Below, in pieces: positions 9,601-17,905 of a stretch of 64,000 nt of DNA. Each line of letters starts with the position of its first letter. Position 1 is the stretch's first letter. The position numbers were made by a program, and so were the translations under genes. The DNA comes from Frankiales bacterium (GTDB lineage: Bacteria > Actinomycetota > Actinomycetes > Mycobacteriales > SCTD01). The notes below the pieces were generated by a model. The model was not told where the DNA came from. It saw only the letters and a program-made list of their open reading frames with translations, and did not search any database. Location: NCBI GenBank assembly GCA_025465135.1, contig JAODNA010000160.1, positions 1,495 through 65,494 of the forward strand, written 5' to 3'.

Positions 9601-10779
9601 ATGACGTCGAGCCGGCGCTCACCCGTCATCATCGGCGTCGCAGACCTCCCGCTCGCCAACGGCAAGGCGGTGAGCACCAGCAGCGTCCTCGGGATCCAGG
9701 CCGAAGTCGCGAGCGCCGCCGCGGCGGACGCCGGCGTCACGTTGGACCAAGTGGACGGGCTGTTCACCTCCGCTGCGTGGGGCGTGCCCGGGCCGGGCAT
9801 GATGCCCGCGTCGACGGTGGCCGAGTACCTCGGACTGAGTCCGCGGATGGTCGACACGACCTGCATCGGCGGAGCGTCGTTCGAGGCACACGCGGCCCAT
9901 GCCGCCCTGGCTCTGCAGCAGGGCTACTGCGACGTCGCGCTCATCACCTACGGCAGCCTGCAGCGCACGGAGCTCGCACGACGGCTCGGGGGTGCGCGCG
10001 GTGTGCTCGACGCGCAGTACGAGGTGCCCTACGGACTGCTCAACCCCGCCGGCGCATATGCCCTGGCCGCCACGCGCTACCTGCACGAGTTCGGCGCGAC
10101 TCCCGAGGAGCTGGCGATGGTCGCGGTCGCGACCCGCGAGTGGGCCCGGCTCAACCCGGCGGCGACCAAGCGGGACCCGCTGACGGTCGACGACGTGCTC
10201 GCCAGCCCGATGCTCAGCGACCCGCTGCACGCGCTCGACTGCTGCCTGGTGACGGACGGCGCGGGCGCCATCATCCTGACGACGGAGGAGCACGCGAGCG
10301 CCCGCACGAGCGGCTCAGCCCCCGTGCGCTTGCGCGGCTTCGGCGAGGCGACCGAGCACAACGTCATCTCGCAGATGGCCGACCTGACGCGCTCGCCTGC
10401 AGGCCTTGCCGCGCGACGGGCGCTCGACGCCGCCGGGATCGCCATCGACGGGATCGACGTGTTCGAGGTCTACGACTCGTTCACGATCACGGTGCTCCTG
10501 ACTCTCGAGGCCCTCGGCATCTGCGGGCCGGGTGAGGCCGCGAAGCTGGTCGCCAGCGGCGCGACCGCACCGGGCGGCGAAGTCCCGCTGAACACCAACG
10601 GCGGCGGCCTGTCGTGCCTGCACCCGGGGATGTACGGCATCTTCCTGCTCATCGAGGCGGCCCGTCAGCTCCGCGGTGACGCCGGCGACCGGCAGGTACC
10701 GGGCGCCCGGACAGCTCTCGTCAACGGCACCGGCGGCGTGCTGTCGAGCGCGGCCGCGTGCGTGCTGTCGAGCGTGTAG
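9601..10779 (+). CDS. Thiolase-like protein (SCP-x / nonspecific lipid-transfer-protein type)
   Basis: 392-aa ORF. Candidate nucleophile Cys in VDTTCIGGAS; C-terminal NTNGGGLSCLHPGMYG (His motif). It lies in a cluster with a DUF35 gene. Confidence 0.8.
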   Translation: MTSSRRSPVIIGVADLPLANGKAVSTSSVLGIQAEVASAAAADAGVTLDQVDGLFTSAAWGVPGPGMMPASTVAEYLGLSPRMVDTTCIGGASFEAHAAHAALALQQGYCDVALITYGSLQRTELARRLGGARGVLDAQYEVPYGLLNPAGAYALAATRYLHEFGATPEELAMVAVATREWARLNPAATKRDPLTVDDVLASPMLSDPLHALDCCLVTDGAGAIILTTEEHASARTSGSAPVRLRGFGEATEHNVISQMADLTRSPAGLAARRALDAAGIAIDGIDVFEVYDSFTITVLLTLEALGICGPGEAAKLVASGATAPGGEVPLNTNGGGLSCLHPGMYGIFLLIEAARQLRGDAGDRQVPGARTALVNGTGGVLSSAAACVLSSV

Positions 10780-10833
10780 CCCTCCGCGAGCGGTGACATG
10801 CCGCAGACATCCTGACTCGCCTACGGTGACCGC

Positions 10834-12489
10834 ATGGCTGTCGAAACCGAGGTCTTGATCGTCGGTGGCGGCGCGGTCGGGTTGGCGCTGGCCGCGGAGC
10901 TGGGATGGCGCGGCCGCAGCTGCATCGTGCTCGACGAGGGCAACGGCGTGATCGAGCACCCGCGCACCGGCGGCATCTCGGTGCGGACGATGGAGCACTG
11001 CCGCCGGTGGGGCATCGCGGACGCGGTGCGCAACAACCGGTTCCCGCAGGACTACCGGCTGGACACGGTGTTCTGCACGAGCGTCGCCGGCTTCGAGGTC
11101 GCCCGCGTGTCGAGCCCAAGCATGGCCGAGACGCCGATCCCGCCGGAGAGCCCGGAGCGCAAGGTGCGCTGCCCGCAGTTCTGGTTCGACCCCATGCTGT
11201 CGCGTGCAGCTGCCGACCACCCGACCGTCAGCCTTCGCTACCACACGCGGTTCACGCACCTGGTCCAGGACGACGACGGCGTGTCCGCCTTCGCCGAGGA
11301 CCTGCGGGACGGTGCGCAGCTCGAGTTCCGGGCGAAGTACCTCATCGGCTGTGACGGCCCACTGAGCCCGGTCCGCGAGCAGCTCGGGATCGCGATGTCG
11401 GGGATCCCGCTCCTGAACTACTCGGTGAACATCCTGTTCAGCTCCCCCACCCTGCTCGAGCGGGCGGGGCAGGACGCGACTGAGCGCTTCATCATCGTGA
11501 CCCCGGACGGCACCTGGGGCAACTTCACGGTCGTCGACGGCCGGGGCATGTGGCGACTCACCCTGATCCGCGACGAGGAGAAGCTCGACCTCGCGACGTT
11601 CGACGCGGCGGCCGAGATCCGGCGGGGGGTGGGCATCGACGACCTCGAGCTCGAGGTCCACTCGGTCAAGCCGTGGCGCCGCACGCAGCTGGTGGCGGAT
11701 GCCTACTCCGACGGTCGCGTGTTCCTGTGCGGCGACTCCTTGCACACGATGTCCCCCACCGGGGGCTTCGGCGTCAACACCGGCATCGGCGACGCAGTAG
11801 ACCTCGGGTGGAAGCTCGACGCCGTCCTGAGCGGCTGGGGAGGTCCGCAGCTCCTTGACAGCTACGAGACCGAGCGCCGCCCCATCGGCGTACGCAACGC
11901 GACTGCTGCGACGGCCAACTTCAAGGGCTGGCTGGCCAGCACCGACCGCGCCGAGCTGCTCGAGGACACCCCCTCGGGCGAACAGGTCAGAGCCGCGGTC
12001 GGCAAGGAGCTGCTCGAGGCGACGCACGCGGAGTGGGAGTCGCTCGGCGTCATCCTCGGATACCGCTACGAGGACTCGCCCCTCTGCGTCCCGGACGGGA
12101 CGCCGCCCACGCCAGACGACCAGTCGACCTACGTCCCCACAGCCCGCCCCGGGTCCCGCGCGCCACACGCATGGCTGCCCGACGGGCGTTCCACCCTTGA
12201 CCTGTTCGGCCACGGCTTCGTGCTCCTGCACCAGGCAGGCAGCGCCGCCGACACCGGGCCGTTCGTCCAAGCCGCCGCAGCGACCGGAGTACCCGTGACG
12301 GCGCAGGAGGTGCCGACCGACGTCGCCGACCTGTATGAGGCCCGCTTCACCCTCGTGCGTCCCGACGGGCACGTCGCGTGGCGGTCCTACACCGCTCCGG
12401 AAGACCCCGCGGCCCTGCTGGACGTGGTGCGGGGCGGTCTGCCGGTTGTGGCGCTGACGCCGGAACGGCCGGGTTCGGCACGCCGCTAG
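10834..12489 (+). CDS. FAD-dependent aromatic-ring monooxygenase (PheA/TfdB/MhpA-like, with C-terminal extension)
   Basis: 551-aa ORF. Motifs VLIVGGGAVGLALA (GxGxxG), IGCDGPLSPVR (DG motif) and LCGDSLHTMSPTGGFGVNTGIGDAVDLGWKL. Confidence 0.85.
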   Translation: MAVETEVLIVGGGAVGLALAAELGWRGRSCIVLDEGNGVIEHPRTGGISVRTMEHCRRWGIADAVRNNRFPQDYRLDTVFCTSVAGFEVARVSSPSMAETPIPPESPERKVRCPQFWFDPMLSRAAADHPTVSLRYHTRFTHLVQDDDGVSAFAEDLRDGAQLEFRAKYLIGCDGPLSPVREQLGIAMSGIPLLNYSVNILFSSPTLLERAGQDATERFIIVTPDGTWGNFTVVDGRGMWRLTLIRDEEKLDLATFDAAAEIRRGVGIDDLELEVHSVKPWRRTQLVADAYSDGRVFLCGDSLHTMSPTGGFGVNTGIGDAVDLGWKLDAVLSGWGGPQLLDSYETERRPIGVRNATAATANFKGWLASTDRAELLEDTPSGEQVRAAVGKELLEATHAEWESLGVILGYRYEDSPLCVPDGTPPTPDDQSTYVPTARPGSRAPHAWLPDGRSTLDLFGHGFVLLHQAGSAADTGPFVQAAAATGVPVTAQEVPTDVADLYEARFTLVRPDGHVAWRSYTAPEDPAALLDVVRGGLPVVALTPERPGSARR

Positions 12490-13940
12490 GACGCCGTCGC
12501 CTGGCCTAGCGGAGCGGCCGGGATGATCGCAACCTCGGCGTGTTCGATGATGCCCGCCGACGAGAGCGACGCGGGGCGAGGCACCAACCTGGCCGCCACG
12601 AGCGCAAGGACCGCAACAGCTGTGAGGAACAGGAACCCCTCGCGGTACTGAGCCCGTGACGGGTAGCCGGCCCCCGCCACGTGGACTGCCACGATGCTCG
12701 CCATGACGCCCGCGCCGACCGCGCCCCCCATGGTGCGGATGTTGGCGTTCATGCCTGCCGCCACACCGGCGCGTCCCGCCGGCACGGCCTGCACGACGAG
12801 GGTGGCCATGGCCGAGAACCCGAGGCCCGGACCGATGCCGAAGAGGATGGATGTCACGACGATGAGCCAAGGCGAGCGCGGCGTCGTCCCCATGATGGCG
12901 AAGGGGACGACGGTGAGGGCGCAGCCCAGCTGAAGCACGCCCCGAGGCCCGAACCGCCCGGACAACCTCCCGGCCGCCAGTCCCAGCGCGATCAGCGTGG
13001 CCGCCTGGGGAAGCAGGTACAGCCCGCACTGCGTCACGGAAGAGCCGAGGCCGTAGCCGGAGCTCCTGGGGGTCTGCAGGTACTGCGGCAGGAAGGTCAT
13101 GGACGCGAACATCACGGCGCCGAAGAGGAAGGCGACCGAGTTGGTGGTCCACACCGCGGGCAGAGCCATCACCCGCAGGTCGACGAGTGGGTTCCGCGAT
13201 CGAAGCTCGGTGAGGATCCACGCAGCGCCACACACCACGGCCAGGACGAGGCCGCCGAGGACGCGTTGCGAGGTCCATCCCTCTCGGGGTCCTTCACTGA
13301 TCGAGAGCAAGAAGGCGATCAGCGCCGCCGACAGGGCTAGGGCCGCCAGCGGGTTGGGTCTGCCGACCGGATAGCGCGGCGACTCCGGAAGAAGGAGATG
13401 AGCAGCCGCGGCGGACGCGATCACCATCGTGAGCGGGATCCAGAACAGCGATCGGTAGCCGAAAGCATCGGACAGCGGCCCAGCAAGAGCCAGCCCGACC
13501 CCGCTCCCCGCGGCAACCAGTGCGGCTGCGGTCCCTACGGCGCCCGGCACTCGCGCCGGCGGCAGCTCATCCCGGATGATCCCGAACGTCAGCGGCAGCA
13601 GCCCTCCACCGACGCCCTGCAGCGCGCGCGCGGCGATCATGACCTCGATGCTCTGCGCCAGGGCAGCGACCAGACAGCCGAGTGCCAGGGCGAGCAGCGC
13701 GAGGACGAAGGCCCGGTTCTTGCCCACCGAGTCGCCCAGGCGTCCGACGATCGGGGTGCACACCGACGCCGACAACAGGTACGCGGTCATCACCCACGTC
13801 ACGGTGCTCTGGCTCGTGTGCAGGTCGGACTGGATGATCGGCAGGATCGGCGTCACGAACGACTGGAGCAGGCCGAACGTGGCCACGCCCAGCAAGAGGC
13901 ACGCCATGGCCCACGTCGGACGCTCGCGAGGTCCGGCCAC
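12486..13940 (-). CDS. MFS transporter (DHA2-like drug/metabolite:H+ antiporter family)
   Basis: ORF 12486-14075. The upstream part overlaps the TauD gene, so an in-frame GTG at 13940 (or ATG at 13907) is more likely. Multiple hydrophobic spans; MFS motif A GRLGDSVGKNRAF. Confidence 0.8.
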   Translation of the reverse strand: MAGPRERPTWAMACLLLGVATFGLLQSFVTPILPIIQSDLHTSQSTVTWVMTAYLLSASVCTPIVGRLGDSVGKNRAFVLALLALALGCLVAALAQSIEVMIAARALQGVGGGLLPLTFGIIRDELPPARVPGAVGTAAALVAAGSGVGLALAGPLSDAFGYRSLFWIPLTMVIASAAAAHLLLPESPRYPVGRPNPLAALALSAALIAFLLSISEGPREGWTSQRVLGGLVLAVVCGAAWILTELRSRNPLVDLRVMALPAVWTTNSVAFLFGAVMFASMTFLPQYLQTPRSSGYGLGSSVTQCGLYLLPQAATLIALGLAAGRLSGRFGPRGVLQLGCALTVVPFAIMGTTPRSPWLIVVTSILFGIGPGLGFSAMATLVVQAVPAGRAGVAAGMNANIRTMGGAVGAGVMASIVAVHVAGAGYPSRAQYREGFLFLTAVAVLALVAARLVPRPASLSSAGIIEHAEVAIIPAAPLGQATAS

Positions 13941-13960
13941 GAGGACGACGGCAGCGTGCG

Positions 13961-14770
13961 CTATTCGCCGACGGTGATGACGCGGCGCAGCACGCGGCGG
14001 CCCGACTCTGAGAACGCAGGTCGGCTGTGCTGCAAGGTGAGGTTGTTCCAGACGACGAGGTCGCCCGGCTGCCACGGGTGCACGTAGGTGGTGTCCTCGG
14101 CGTAGATGACCGCATGCACCTCCGAGCGCAGGCTCTCGATGTCGATCCGGTCCCAGCCCGGGATGCGATCGAAGAAGATCTCGTCCACGAGGACGACTTC
14201 CTCACCCGACAGCGGATCCATCAGGAGCAGCTGCTGCTCCTTGATGATCGCGTCGGGACCCACCTCATCGGCGTTGTAGCGGTTGTCGCCGCCTCCCCAG
14301 CCGATCACGAAGACGCCACGCAGCCCACGCAGCCGGTCACGCAGCTGTTCGGGCAGCCGCTTCGCCGAAGCTCGGGCGTACACGGTCGGCGCATTGCTCT
14401 CCGGGACCTCCAGCGCATACAGCGACAACGTGCTGTACGGCGTCTCGCTGAAGATCGCATCAGCGTGGTACAGCAGGCGGCGGCTGTGCTTGACGATCGC
14501 CTCCTCGCCGGCGTTCGAGATCATCGCGTACGGCTCTGTCCTGCCATGCTCGCTGATGACCTTGCCGAAGTAGCTGGAGATGCGCACGTGGTCTTCCGCG
14601 TCGAGATCTTCGAGCCGGAAGTGCAGGAGGTGATGCTTCGCAAGGAGCCCTCGCAGCTGAGCAACCTGCTCGTCCGCAAGCGGCTGCCGTGGATCCAACC
14701 CGTCGACGGTGACGCCGATCTCGGCTGACAGCGCGGTGACTCTCACATCGTTCAGAGTGTTGTCGAGCAT
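13961..14770 (-). CDS. TauD/TfdA-family Fe(II)/2-oxoglutarate-dependent dioxygenase
   Basis: ORF 13961-15049. The internal ATG at 14770 (MLDNTLN...) gives a typical ~270-aa protein and leaves a 117-bp divergent intergenic region. Motifs LLYHADAIF (H-x-D) and WQPGDLVVWNNLTLQHSR. Confidence 0.8.
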   Translation of the reverse strand: MLDNTLNDVRVTALSAEIGVTVDGLDPRQPLADEQVAQLRGLLAKHHLLHFRLEDLDAEDHVRISSYFGKVISEHGRTEPYAMISNAGEEAIVKHSRRLLYHADAIFSETPYSTLSLYALEVPESNAPTVYARASAKRLPEQLRDRLRGLRGVFVIGWGGGDNRYNADEVGPDAIIKEQQLLLMDPLSGEEVVLVDEIFFDRIPGWDRIDIESLRSEVHAVIYAEDTTYVHPWQPGDLVVWNNLTLQHSRPAFSESGRRVLRRVITVGE

Positions 14771-14887
14771 GGCAGCCCTCTCCGACCCGGTGGCGCAGGG
14801 CGCGGCGGCGTCAGCCGCGATGAGCTCACCTTCACACCGGTTCGCTGTCGCTGCGATGTCGGCTGAACCGGCTGCCGCCATCGCCTC

Positions 14888-15655
14888 ATGTATAACGGGC
14901 AGATGACCCCAGCGGACGCCTACAGCTCGGTACGCGTCCGGCAAGAGGGTGGAGTCACCGAGGTCCGCTTCCACACCGATGATGGGCCACTGGTGTGGAA
15001 CGCCGCTGCACACGGCGACGCCGCCGCAGTCTTCTCGGCACTTGCCCACGACCGGAGCACGAAGGTCGTCATCGTCACGGGCACCGGCGACTCATGGTGC
15101 ACCACGCGGAGCATCGGCGCGGTGGGCACCGGATGGGAGCCCATCTACTGGGAGGGCAAGCGCATCCTGCGCAGCCTGCTCGACATCGAAGTCCCCGTGA
15201 TAGGTGCAGTGAATGGCCCCGCCCACTACCACGCGGAGATACCGCTGCTCGGCGACATCGTCCTCGCATCAGACACCGCGGAGTTCGCGGACTTCTCGCA
15301 CTTCACGACGGGTGCGGTCCCCGGAGACGGCGTCCAGCTCGTCTGGCCGTGGCTGGTGGGACATCGGCGGGCGAAGTACTTCCTCATGATGCGCGAGGTC
15401 ATCAAGGTCGAAGAGGCGCGGCGCATCGGCTTCGTCAACGAAGTCCTGCCACCGGACCAACTGCTTCCCCGTGCCTGGGAGATTGCGAGGACCTGGGCGG
15501 CCAAGCCGCTTCCTCTCCTGCGCTACAGCCGCGAGGCCCTGAACACCTTCGAACGCCAGTACCTTCTCTCCGGCCTGGCTGGCGGCCTGGCGCTGGAGGG
15601 GCTCGCCTACGCCGAGTCGCCGCCGGCGCCGGACAACCTGCCCACGGACGGCTGA
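14888..15655 (+). CDS. Crotonase-superfamily protein, atypical (possible C-C hydrolase subgroup)
   Basis: 255-aa ORF; an alternative ATG lies at 14903. It has a crotonase fold pattern (VVIVTGTGDSWC, GAVNGPAHYHAEIPLLGDIVLAS, HFTTGAVPGDG) but lacks the usual GGG/Glu-containing motifs. Confidence 0.7.
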   Translation: MYNGQMTPADAYSSVRVRQEGGVTEVRFHTDDGPLVWNAAAHGDAAAVFSALAHDRSTKVVIVTGTGDSWCTTRSIGAVGTGWEPIYWEGKRILRSLLDIEVPVIGAVNGPAHYHAEIPLLGDIVLASDTAEFADFSHFTTGAVPGDGVQLVWPWLVGHRRAKYFLMMREVIKVEEARRIGFVNEVLPPDQLLPRAWEIARTWAAKPLPLLRYSREALNTFERQYLLSGLAGGLALEGLAYAESPPAPDNLPTDG

Positions 15656-15669
15656 AGCCGGACAGCAAT

Positions 15670-15700
15670 CCGGCCGGCCCTGAGAACCAGGGCCGGCCGG
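15670..15700. terminator. Bidirectional intrinsic-terminator-like hairpin between convergent genes
   Basis: Perfect 13-bp GC-rich stem (CCGGCCGGCCCTG / CAGGGCCGGCCGG) with a 5-nt loop (AGAAC). It sits in the 58-nt gap between the stops at 15655 (+) and 15714 (-). Confidence 0.7.
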
Positions 15701-15713
15701 ATGACTTGTCTGA

Positions 15714-17009
15714 CTACTTGATCAGCTGCGGGATGGTGAAGTTGGACTGCGAGTCCACCCACGGGCTGCCGTTGTCGCCCTTGGACACAACCTTGAACTC
15801 CCCGTTCACGATCTCCGTGATGACCAGCATCTTCGAGAAGACACGCTGCTTCGAGAGAATGGGGTTGCCGGGGTAGGCGTTCTTGCTCAGGTCGAACGGC
15901 TGGAACACGCCGTAGTCCTGCGGACCCGAGGCTTCGAGCTTCGCCGTAAGGCTCGTCCCGGTCACCGCTTCCGAGCCGGAGCCTGCGAGCACCTTCCCGA
16001 TCAGCGTCATGCCGGCCCAAGCGGCCGTGCCCCAGTCACCCTCCTGGTTCGGGTCCTCGCCGATGGCCGTGAACTGGTCGGCGAGGTCCTTCACACCAGG
16101 CGCGTCAGTCACCGTCGTCGGGATGGCGGCACCAACGGTGTAGACCCCGTTGGTCACTTCGGGGCCCCACTTCTTGAGGATGTTGGGCGTGATCGTCAGC
16201 GTGGCGCCGATCATCGGCGTCTTGTCGCCCAGCGAGTGCAGTGCAGTGAGCAGCTGGAGCAGCGGGCCCGCGGTGAGGATCTCCACGTAGGCGCCGGCCT
16301 TCGACTGCTGGAGCTTCGCGGCCGCGGTGGCCATGCTCGTCGCGTCAACCGGCGTGGTGACGGCCTCGTTGACCTTCACCCCGGCGGGCTCGAGCACGCT
16401 CTTGAGCAACCCCACGAGCAACGTCGAGGACGGACCGGCCACGACGACAGGGGTGACGGTCTTGGCTCCCATCGCCACTGCCGCCTTCGCCTCTCCCAGC
16501 AGGATCGGGACCGGGCTCGCGAGCGGGTAGCTGTTCGGGAACGACAGGCCGTTCTTGCCATTGGCCCCGAAGCCGAGGAGCGGGATCCCCGCTGCCTTCA
16601 GGATCGGCAGCGCGTACTCGGCTCCGTCACCGTCGATGCCCACCACTGCGATGGCCTTCTTGGACACGGCTTCGCGAGCACACGCCTGAGAGGTGTTCGG
16701 GTTGTGCTTGTCGTCGCAGGTGACGACATTGATCGGCCGCCCGGCAGAGCAGGACTTGTTGATCGCGCCGGCAGCCGCATTGACCGACGCCGGGATCTCC
16801 GGGTGCTCGCCGATCCCTCCCGACAGCGTCGAGACGGTCATGACGGTCAGGGCGGTACCGGGGCAGGATGCCGCGGACCCCGACGCCTTCGGCGCTGCGG
16901 TGTTCCCACCGCTGGAGCCACCACATGCGGCGACAGTCGTCAGCAGGGTCAACGCGGCAACCGGCACCACGACTGACCTGCGCAAGTGAAACGGTCTTCT
17001 CGTCAGCAC
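15714..17009 (-). CDS. ABC transporter substrate-binding lipoprotein (LivK/branched-chain amino acid-type, Peripla_BP_6-like)
   Basis: ORF 15714-17027. An in-frame GTG at 17009 is preceded by GGGAGG. Signal peptide with lipobox (LLTTVAAC-GGSSGG). Clustered with LivF/LivHMG-type genes. Confidence 0.8.
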   Translation of the reverse strand: MLTRRPFHLRRSVVVPVAALTLLTTVAACGGSSGGNTAAPKASGSAASCPGTALTVMTVSTLSGGIGEHPEIPASVNAAAGAINKSCSAGRPINVVTCDDKHNPNTSQACAREAVSKKAIAVVGIDGDGAEYALPILKAAGIPLLGFGANGKNGLSFPNSYPLASPVPILLGEAKAAVAMGAKTVTPVVVAGPSSTLLVGLLKSVLEPAGVKVNEAVTTPVDATSMATAAAKLQQSKAGAYVEILTAGPLLQLLTALHSLGDKTPMIGATLTITPNILKKWGPEVTNGVYTVGAAIPTTVTDAPGVKDLADQFTAIGEDPNQEGDWGTAAWAGMTLIGKVLAGSGSEAVTGTSLTAKLEASGPQDYGVFQPFDLSKNAYPGNPILSKQRVFSKMLVITEIVNGEFKVVSKGDNGSPWVDSQSNFTIPQLIK

Positions 17010-17164
17010 TGTTGCGCCTCCCGGCACTTGGGTCTTGTCGCGTCCGGTCGTCCGGACTCATGGGCGAATCATGGAGCCCGAAGGAGTCTCCGGTCGCCTG
17101 TTCCGAGGATGTGAAACGGATACGACATTCAGCCGTAGCCGCGTCGTGAGCTGCCGGCTTCCGG

Positions 17165-17905
17165 TCAGCTCCTGCTGGGCTCAGCCCCGCGGTCGGCGTC
17201 CGGATCTGCACCGCTGGCGAAGTAGGCGGCGCGGAAGGCGTCCGGGTTCCGACGTAGCTCCGACGCCTCGCCCTCGAGCTCGACGCGACCCCGTCGCATG
17301 ACGATGACACGGTCCGCCACGTTCAGCGCCTTGTTGACGTGTTGCTCGACGAGCAGGACACCGAGTCCGTCGTTCGCAGCCTTTCGGATGACGTCGAGCA
17401 GGTGGTCAACCACGAGTGGGGCCAGTCCCAGCGACAGCTCGTCGGCGAGAAGGATGGATGGACGGCGCGACAACGCGCGGGCAAGCGAGAGCATCTGCTG
17501 CTGTCCACCGGACAGCAGCCCTGCGCGACGCGAGAGATTCGCCTTCAGGTCGGGAAACAGCTCGAGCGCGTAGTCCTGATCGCCGCGACTCACACGGAGG
17601 TTCTCCGCGACAGTCAGGTTCATGAGGATCGCCTTCTCCTCGGTGACGAGGGCCATCCCGCCTCGAGCCCGTTCATGGAGCGGCGCCTGCGTCACGGTCC
17701 CGTGCATCTCCACCTCGCCTCCGAGCGAAGGGAGCTCACCGCAGAGCGTGAGCAACGTCGTGGTCCGGCCCGAGCCGTTCGGTCCCAGCAGCGCGACGAT
17801 CTCGCCGCTGCGCACCGTGAGGTTCAGGTCGCGGACGATGACGGTGCTCCCGTACCCCGCGCTGAGGTTGCGGGCGGCGAGGCAGGTCTGCTCGGCGACG
17901 GTCAC
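17165..17905 (-). CDS. ABC transporter ATP-binding protein (LivF-like)
   Basis: 246-aa ORF. Walker A GPNGSGRTT, signature LSGGQQQML, Walker B ILLADELSLGL. Its start overlaps the upstream gene's stop by 4 nt. Confidence 0.9.
   Translation of the reverse strand: MTVAEQTCLAARNLSAGYGSTVIVRDLNLTVRSGEIVALLGPNGSGRTTTLLTLCGELPSLGGEVEMHGTVTQAPLHERARGGMALVTEEKAILMNLTVAENLRVSRGDQDYALELFPDLKANLSRRAGLLSGGQQQMLSLARALSRRPSILLADELSLGLAPLVVDHLLDVIRKAANDGLGVLLVEQHVNKALNVADRVIVMRRGRVELEGEASELRRNPDAFRAAYFASGADPDADRGAEPSRS

Noticed and set aside
9601-10779. Interpreting the DUF35-associated thiolase-like protein as an Ltp2-type retro-aldolase for steroid side-chain cleavage
   Set aside because: It retains a Cys in the TTCIGGAS context and a His in LHPG, consistent with a real thiolase. 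DUF35 is a stand-alone gene rather than a domain of a MaoC hydratase. This cannot be excluded without an alignment.
10315-13278. 987-aa ORF on the minus strand spanning the thiolase, monooxygenase and MFS genes
   Set aside because: It is extremely Arg/Pro/Gly/Ala-rich with no recognisable motif. It lies antisense or out of frame to ORFs with clear family motifs. This is a typical stop-codon-poor artefact of very high GC.
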